Shown piece by piece: positions 58,548 to 64,000 of a DNA stretch of 64,000 bases. The position numbers were made by a program, and so were the translations under genes. Positions within the stretch are counted from its first letter, which is position 1, and each line of letters opens with the position of its first letter. Under the pieces are notes generated by a model. It was given only the letters and a program-made list of their open reading frames with translations. It was not told the origin of the DNA and searched no databases. This DNA is from a virus (Duplodnaviria; Caudoviricetes): positions 12,953 to 76,952 of the IMG/VR virus record IMGVR_UViG_3300005805_000072; one strand, given 5' to 3'.

Positions 58548-58928
58548 ATGGAGAAACAAATGACCCGAGAAGAACTGCTTAAGCATCATGAGGTTCTCTG
58601 CAAGCAAGCGCGTGATCTCATGGACAAGAAGAACAGAGACTATGCAGGAAACGATGGCAAGGAGCCATTCGCAAACTTCACCCGAGTCGAGGCAATGGGT
58701 ATCTGCTCTACTGAGCAGGGTTTCATGGTTCGTCTCACTGACAAGATGAGCCGCCTATCATCGATCCTTGAATCGGGAAACAACCATGTAAAAGATGAAT
58801 CTTTTGAGGATACTATGGTTGATGTAATCAACTACATCGTTCTTCTCTCTGCCTACAGGCAGGACAAGAGGATAAAGGCTCAGTATGGTGAATCTCTATT
58901 CAACTGCACAACAAGGGAACTATCGTGA
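58548..58928 (+). CDS. DUF1599 / nucleotide-modification-associated domain 1-like protein
   Basis: KKNRDYAG...FANF...RLTDKMSRL...VKDESFEDTMVDVINY pattern. Confidence 0.7.
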   Translation: MEKQMTREELLKHHEVLCKQARDLMDKKNRDYAGNDGKEPFANFTRVEAMGICSTEQGFMVRLTDKMSRLSSILESGNNHVKDESFEDTMVDVINYIVLLSAYRQDKRIKAQYGESLFNCTTRELS

Positions 58929-59188
58929 ACAACTTTCGACCGATTGGCAAGAATGTCATGCTTGAGCGAGATTTCGGTGGACAAAAGACCACCGAAGCAG
59001 GAATCATCTACAACGAGAAGGTAACTACCAAACTCGTATGGTCAAAGGTGATTGCCGTGGGTGAAGGTGTCAGGGGAGACATTAAGCCTGGTGATCGTGC
59101 ATTGTGGGACATAACGCAGTGCAGGGGAAAGCAATATGACAAGTATGATGTGATTGACGAAGAACACATCTACATGGTAGAAAGATGA
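58925..59188 (+). CDS. groES: GroES-like co-chaperonin
   Basis: FRPIGKNVMLER...TTEAGII...VIAVGEG...IKPGDR...IDEEHI; GTG start. Confidence 0.75.
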   Translation: MNNFRPIGKNVMLERDFGGQKTTEAGIIYNEKVTTKLVWSKVIAVGEGVRGDIKPGDRALWDITQCRGKQYDKYDVIDEEHIYMVER

Positions 59189-59934
59189 ACACACAGAGGA
59201 TCATGCAGGGTGATTGGCAGAGTGTGATCCCAACCATTTCAGATGAAAGCATAGATTTTGTCTACATCGATCCTCCCTATTATTGTCAACGAGATTTTGG
59301 CGAGTTTGATGATAGGTGGGATTCGGTCGAGCAGTATGCTAAGTTTCTAGAAAACTCATTCTTGGCAGTCAAGTCAAAGATGAAGCAGTCTGCAAATATT
59401 TGTGTTCATGTCGATTGGCACGCATCACACTACGTTCGTCTTGCATTGGATTCTGTCTTTGGATATGAAAACTTCAGAAATGAGATAATCTGGTGCTATT
59501 CGTCGGGTGGTGCAAGCAAGAATCATTTCTCTCGCAAGCATGACAACCTATTTGTGTATTGCATGAATACCGACAAAGCAAAGTTCAATGTTCTTCGTGA
59601 ACCATATCCCCGCGACTATGGGGATAGACCAGGATTCCATCCCGAAGGCAGGATCATGAACGATTGGTGGCAGATCGGCATTCTGTCAACGACTGCAAAA
59701 GAAAGAACAGGATACCCTACTCAAAAACCTTTGGAACTTATGCAAAGGCTCATACGAGCATACACCGATGAAGGTGATACAGTGTTTGACTATTATTGTG
59801 GATCGGGGACTACGGCTGTTGCTGCAAAGATGCTAGGTAGGGGATTCATCGCATCGGATAAGAATCCAAATGCCATACTTCTTGCAACCGAGAGAACTGA
59901 TGCTATAGTTTCCCTTGAAGGAGAACTTTTTTGA
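59185..59934 (+). CDS. N6/N4 DNA methyltransferase 1 (beta class)
   Basis: YIDPPY; NEIIWCY; GYPTQKPLELM; DYYCGSGTT. Confidence 0.92.
   Translation: MNTQRIMQGDWQSVIPTISDESIDFVYIDPPYYCQRDFGEFDDRWDSVEQYAKFLENSFLAVKSKMKQSANICVHVDWHASHYVRLALDSVFGYENFRNEIIWCYSSGGASKNHFSRKHDNLFVYCMNTDKAKFNVLREPYPRDYGDRPGFHPEGRIMNDWWQIGILSTTAKERTGYPTQKPLELMQRLIRAYTDEGDTVFDYYCGSGTTAVAAKMLGRGFIASDKNPNAILLATERTDAIVSLEGELF
59882..59909 (+). promoter_or_regulatory. Sigma70-type promoter for methyltransferase 2, inside the 3' end of methyltransferase 1
   Basis: TTGCAA-N16-TATAGT with TG extension, then GAAGGAG RBS and TTG start. Confidence 0.6.
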
Positions 59935-60869
59935 ACACACACAAGATCATACAGGGAGACTGCCGTGAAGCACTCAAGCAAGTGGCTGACGAATCTGTTC
60001 ATACTTGCGTTACCTCACCTCCGTACTTCGGACTTCGTGACTACGGAGGGGGAGAGGGAGAGATCGGATCCGAGCAAGAAGTCGAGGAATATGTCAAGGC
60101 AATGGTTGATGTATTCCGTGAAGTTCGCCGTTGTCTTCGTCCTGATGGCACTCTGTGGCTGAACCTTGGTGACTCGTACATGGCTCAGAAGAATGTCGCT
60201 CCTCCCCCACAGACAATCGGTGGGCAGAGAGACATGCCTTCGTTCATTCCTGGCAATCGCAGGGATCAGAGAGGTCTGAAGCACAAGGATCTCATCGGCA
60301 TCCCTTGGCGGGTTGCATTTGCCCTGCAAGCGGATGGTTGGTGGTTGCGTCAGGATATCATTTGGTCAAAGCCAAATCCGATGCCCGAGTCCGTCACAGA
60401 TCGCTGCACAAAGTCGCATGAGTACATATTCCTTCTCTCCAAGAAGTCTCATTACTACTATGACCATGAGGCAATCAAAGAAGATGCAAAGTGGGAACGA
60501 TGGGGAAATCAAACCGTTGTCAAGGAGCAGCAGGGTACTGCATCTTGGATTGGTTCCAAGACCAAGGAGGAACTACAGGCAATGGGAAAGAAGAACAAGC
60601 GTTCCGTTTGGACTGTGAATACCAAGGGATACAAGGGAGCGCATTTCGCAGTCTATCCGAAGAATCTTATACTTCCCTGTATTCTTGCAGGATGCCCCGA
60701 AGGTGGAACCGTGATGGATCCATTCACGGGATCGGGAACCACAGCAGTCGTTGCTCTTGAGAACAACAGGAATTTTGTGGGAACGGAACTGAATCCCGAA
60801 TACATTCAGTTGGCAGAGAACAGAATCAAAGAAGAGATACCGACAACCCTTGCATCCGTGATGCATTGA
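59931..60869 (+). CDS. N4/N6 DNA methyltransferase 2 (beta class)
   Basis: VTSPPY; QDIIWSKPNPMPESVTDRCTKSHEYIFL; HFAVYP; DPFTGSGTT. Confidence 0.93.
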   Translation: MNTHKIIQGDCREALKQVADESVHTCVTSPPYFGLRDYGGGEGEIGSEQEVEEYVKAMVDVFREVRRCLRPDGTLWLNLGDSYMAQKNVAPPPQTIGGQRDMPSFIPGNRRDQRGLKHKDLIGIPWRVAFALQADGWWLRQDIIWSKPNPMPESVTDRCTKSHEYIFLLSKKSHYYYDHEAIKEDAKWERWGNQTVVKEQQGTASWIGSKTKEELQAMGKKNKRSVWTVNTKGYKGAHFAVYPKNLILPCILAGCPEGGTVMDPFTGSGTTAVVALENNRNFVGTELNPEYIQLAENRIKEEIPTTLASVMH

Positions 60870-60877
60870 GGTATACT
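60850..60877 (+). promoter_or_regulatory. Sigma70-type promoter for methyltransferase 3, overlapping the end of methyltransferase 2
   Basis: TTGCAT-N16-TATACT; ATG 8 nt downstream, no RBS. Confidence 0.6.
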
Positions 60878-60885
60878 ATCGTGTA

Positions 60886-61632
60886 ATGACTATGGAACTG
60901 AACAAGATCCATTTGGGTGACTGCTTGGAAGTCATGAAGACTTTCCCTGATGACTCCGTGGATTTGATTGTTACATCTCCCCCGTACAACAACTGGCGGA
61001 ATAGAAGAACTCAGGCAAACCGAAGTTCCTATTGGAAGCGTACCAACATCGTGTACGAGAATCATACAGACAAGCAATCAGACGATGAATACGAGCAGGG
61101 GCAAATAGAAGTTCTAAATGAGATGATCCGTATTCTGAAGCCAACGGGAACGATCTGCTACAATCACAAGGATCGCATCTTCAACTTTGAGGTTACAACT
61201 CCACTTTCCTGGATACTAAAGTCCAATGCGATTTATCGTCAGCGGATCACATGGGATCGGTGTGGGATGCAAGCCTACAATCCTGTACGGTTCTACCGCG
61301 TTGAAGAGGATATCTATATCCTTGGAAAACAGGCAAAGGGGTTCAAGTGGAACAAGGATGCGGCTAAGTACCTGTCTATATGGAGAATACCACCCAACCG
61401 AAACATCTATGAACACAATGCAACCTTTCCGGAGGAGATAGTGAAAAGATGTGTGACAGCATTCACTAATGTTGGGGATGTTGTCTTGGATCCCTACAAT
61501 GGAACTGGAACCACAACAAAAGTCGCTTCGGATATGGACAGGCATTACATTGGCATAGACATATCTGAGAAGTATAACAAGACGGCAACGGAAAGAGTCC
61601 AACAGAACCTAAAGGGAGTAGTGGGACAATGA
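60886..61632 (+). CDS. N4/N6 DNA methyltransferase 3 (beta class)
   Basis: VTSPPYN; HNATFPEE; DPYNGTGTT; YIGIDISEKY. Confidence 0.92.
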   Translation: MTMELNKIHLGDCLEVMKTFPDDSVDLIVTSPPYNNWRNRRTQANRSSYWKRTNIVYENHTDKQSDDEYEQGQIEVLNEMIRILKPTGTICYNHKDRIFNFEVTTPLSWILKSNAIYRQRITWDRCGMQAYNPVRFYRVEEDIYILGKQAKGFKWNKDAAKYLSIWRIPPNRNIYEHNATFPEEIVKRCVTAFTNVGDVVLDPYNGTGTTTKVASDMDRHYIGIDISEKYNKTATERVQQNLKGVVGQ

Positions 61633-64000
61633 AGTTCTACACGAATGTCGCCATTCGCGGCAATCGCATTCTACATCGTGGCTACCACAACGGCACTCCA
61701 TTCACTGAAGAGGAGATGTTCAAGCCTTCCCTGTTCGTCCTCAGCAAGAGGGGTGAGGTATGGAAGACCTTGGACGGCAAGGCAGTCGAGCCGATTGTCT
61801 TCGATGACATAGACTCCGCACGGGAGTTCGTTGACAAGTATCGGGATGTTCAGTCCTATCCGATCTATGGCAACACTGACTATCTCTATCAGTTCATCGG
61901 TGAGGAGTATCCCTCCGAGATTCACTATGACATGAACCTGATGAAGATTGCCTACCTCGACATCGAAACCGAGTCGGAGGAGGGCTTTCCCAACATAGAG
62001 ACTGCAAACGAGCGCGTGAATGTAATCACGCTCATCGTCGGCAAGAAGAAGTACACCTTTGCCCTTGGCAAGGTGGACAAGTCTAAGATGCCAGGCGATG
62101 TTCTCGTAAACCTCTATGAGAACGAGGAGCAGATGCTTGGCGACTTCATGCTCACATGGCAGTCGCTTGGCATCGACATCATCACGGGATGGAATGTTCA
62201 GTTCTTCGACATTCCCTATCTTGTCCACAGGATGAACCGTCTGTTTGGTGAATCCTTTGCCAAGAAGTTCTCACCGTGGGGCAAGTTGAAGGATCGCAAG
62301 GTCGAGATCAATGGCAGGGACAACATTGCCTATGATATCGTTGGCATCAACATGCTCGACTATTATGATCTCTACAAGAAGTTCACATATGTCACCCGAG
62401 AGACTTACAAGTTGGGTCACATTGCCCAGGTGGAACTAGGAGAAACCAAGGTTGCATATCAGGAACATGACAACTTTGCCGACTTCTATCGTAATGATTT
62501 CACGAAGTTCGTGCAGTACAACATACAGGACACGATCCTCGTACAGAAACTTGAAGCCAAGTTGAGGCTTCTTGAACTAGCAGTCTCCCTTGCCTATTCC
62601 GCGAAGGTGAACATGCAGGATGTGTTCTCTCAGGTCAGGACATGGGAGCAGATCATCTATCACCATCTTCATGCAAAGAAGATCGTGATTCCCCCAAAGA
62701 AGAAAGGAAAGAAGGATGCGTCATTCGAAGGTGCGTATGTCAAGGATCCGCAAGTCGGTATGCGGAAATGGGTTGTCTCGTTCGACCTCGACTCTCTATA
62801 TCCCCATCTCATCATGCAGTACAACCTGTCACCCGAAACGAAGACGGCTGACGGGTTACGCCGTGGAATCATACCTTCGTCGGTACTACAAGGATCTGCA
62901 ACATTCACAGAACTCATTGGTTCTGCCCAAGAAAGAAACCTCTGTCTTGCTGCAAATGGTACGACTTATCGAAGGGATGTTCGTGGATTTCTCCCAGAAC
63001 TCATGGACACCATGTACAAGCAGCGCAAGGAGTACAAGAGGCTCATGCTTGAAGCCAAGGCTGCTCTCAAACAACTACCTGTGGATGCGACTGAAGAGGA
63101 TAGAGAGAATCTACGACTCGCGATTTCTAAGTATCACAACTTCCAACTCGTCCGCAAGATCCAACTCAATTCCGCCTTCGGTGCCGTTGGAAACGAATGG
63201 TTCCGTTACTACGATGAGGAAATTGCTGAGGCTATCACCCTATCGGGGCAGTTGTCGGTGCAATGGGTTGAGAAGGATCTGAATCAGTATCTCAACAAGG
63301 CAAACGGCACCGAAGATGTGGATTATGTGATTGCAATCGACACAGACTCCGTCTATCTGAACCTTGGTCCGCTTGTGTCGAAGGTGATGCCGAACGAGAA
63401 GGACGAGCAGAAGATCACGCAGTTCATTGACAAGGCATCCAACGAGGCAATTCAGAAGGTCATCAACAAGTCCTATGATCGCCTTGCAGAGTACATGAAT
63501 GCGTATGAGAACAAGATGCGTATGAAGCGGGAGTCCATTGCTTCATCGGGCATTTGGACTGCAAAGAAGCGGTACATGCTAAATGTTCGCATGGGCGAGG
63601 AGAATGTTTATCTAAAGGTTCCAGAACTCAAGATCATGGGCATTGAGACTGCGCGTTCCTCCACACCAGAGGTTGTTCGCAATGCCCTCAAGGAAGCCAT
63701 CTCAATCGTCATGAACAAGGACGAGGGTCATGTGCAGCAGTTCGTCACGACCTTTAGGAATGTATTCAAGAGCCTTCCGCCAGAGAAGATCGCATTCCCC
63801 AGAAGTTGCAATGGACTGAAGGAATATGGCGACCCATCGATGATCTACAAGAAGGGAACTCCAATCGCAACAAAGGGTTCCCTGCTATTCAACTACAACC
63901 TCAAGAAGAACAAGTTGGGTGGGAAGTATCAGGAGATCCGAGAAGGAGACAAGATAAAGTTCCTGTATCTCAAGACACCCAATCCATTGCATGAGAAGGT
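61629..64000 (+). CDS. gp43: Family B DNA polymerase, 3' truncated by the window (absent from the ORF track)
   Basis: Manual translation from ATG 61629: MKFYTNVAIRGNRILHRG; exonuclease YLDIETE; WVVSFDLDSLYPHLIMQYNLSPET; KIQLNSAFGAVGN; IDTDSVY; KKRY. Confidence 0.97.
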   Translation, partial: MKFYTNVAIRGNRILHRGYHNGTPFTEEEMFKPSLFVLSKRGEVWKTLDGKAVEPIVFDDIDSAREFVDKYRDVQSYPIYGNTDYLYQFIGEEYPSEIHYDMNLMKIAYLDIETESEEGFPNIETANERVNVITLIVGKKKYTFALGKVDKSKMPGDVLVNLYENEEQMLGDFMLTWQSLGIDIITGWNVQFFDIPYLVHRMNRLFGESFAKKFSPWGKLKDRKVEINGRDNIAYDIVGINMLDYYDLYKKFTYVTRETYKLGHIAQVELGETKVAYQEHDNFADFYRNDFTKFVQYNIQDTILVQKLEAKLRLLELAVSLAYSAKVNMQDVFSQVRTWEQIIYHHLHAKKIVIPPKKKGKKDASFEGAYVKDPQVGMRKWVVSFDLDSLYPHLIMQYNLSPETKTADGLRRGIIPSSVLQGSATFTELIGSAQERNLCLAANGTTYRRDVRGFLPELMDTMYKQRKEYKRLMLEAKAALKQLPVDATEEDRENLRLAISKYHNFQLVRKIQLNSAFGAVGNEWFRYYDEEIAEAITLSGQLSVQWVEKDLNQYLNKANGTEDVDYVIAIDTDSVYLNLGPLVSKVMPNEKDEQKITQFIDKASNEAIQKVINKSYDRLAEYMNAYENKMRMKRESIASSGIWTAKKRYMLNVRMGEENVYLKVPELKIMGIETARSSTPEVVRNALKEAISIVMNKDEGHVQQFVTTFRNVFKSLPPEKIAFPRSCNGLKEYGDPSMIYKKGTPIATKGSLLFNYNLKKNKLGGKYQEIREGDKIKFLYLKTPNPLHEK

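Noticed and set aside
1-64000. The many minus-strand and nested plus-strand ORFs of 60-176 aa in the ORF track
   Set aside because: They lie within well-supported plus-strand genes, lack RBS or motifs, and read as shadow frames.
1-64000. Stop-codon reassignment as the explanation of the in-frame TAA at 20601
   Set aside because: Core genes are full length under the standard code and end in TAA, TGA and TAG (for example gp8 and gp47 in TAG) with tight coupling.
1-64000. CRISPR array, tRNA or rRNA genes, integrase or transposase
   Set aside because: No regularly spaced repeats, cloverleaf-like intergenic sequence or mobile-element motifs seen; intergenic gaps are almost all under 60 bp.
1-64000. 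A single RGCY-recognising system explaining the AGCT/GGCC gap
   Set aside because: AGCC and GGCT, also RGCY, are abundant, so only the palindromic members are depleted.

Overview
The window is a 64 kb segment of a large T4-like (Tevenvirinae/Kyanoviridae-style) myovirus genome, essentially all coded on the + strand with head-to-tail genes in the standard genetic code. Gene order: end of gp5, a CBM-like mini-protein, PAAR, baseplate wedge (gp25, gp6, gp7, gp8, a 1915-aa DUF4815/VrlC-like protein), a block of tail-fibre/receptor-binding proteins (collar, beta-helix, LamG), neck gp13-15, an 803-aa orphan, terminase gp16/17, TWO tandem tail-sheath genes, tube gp19, portal gp20, core/protease/scaffold/capsid gp21-23, gp3, uvsY, dCMP deaminase, uvsW, late sigma gp55, gp47, a 4.7 kb island, gp46, gp45/44/62, regA, then a cassette (GT2-TPR glycosyltransferase, dUTPase, DUF1599/Nmad1-like protein, GroES, three N4/N6 DNA methyltransferases) and the DNA polymerase gp43, which runs off the end. 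The most striking non-catalogue signals: (i) a G-[AVILFYMT]-T tripeptide strongly enriched in externally exposed virion proteins and absent from internal or replication proteins, alongside a phage-encoded GT2-TPR enzyme (hypothesis: virion O-glycosylation with a defined sequon); (ii) duplicated sheath genes with swapped outer domains; (iii) apparent absence of AGCT and GGCC; (iv) a 68-residue uncharged glycine-zipper hairpin inside the giant baseplate protein; (v) promoters that imply leaderless mRNAs. All assignments come from manual motif recognition; no database searches or computed counts were run.
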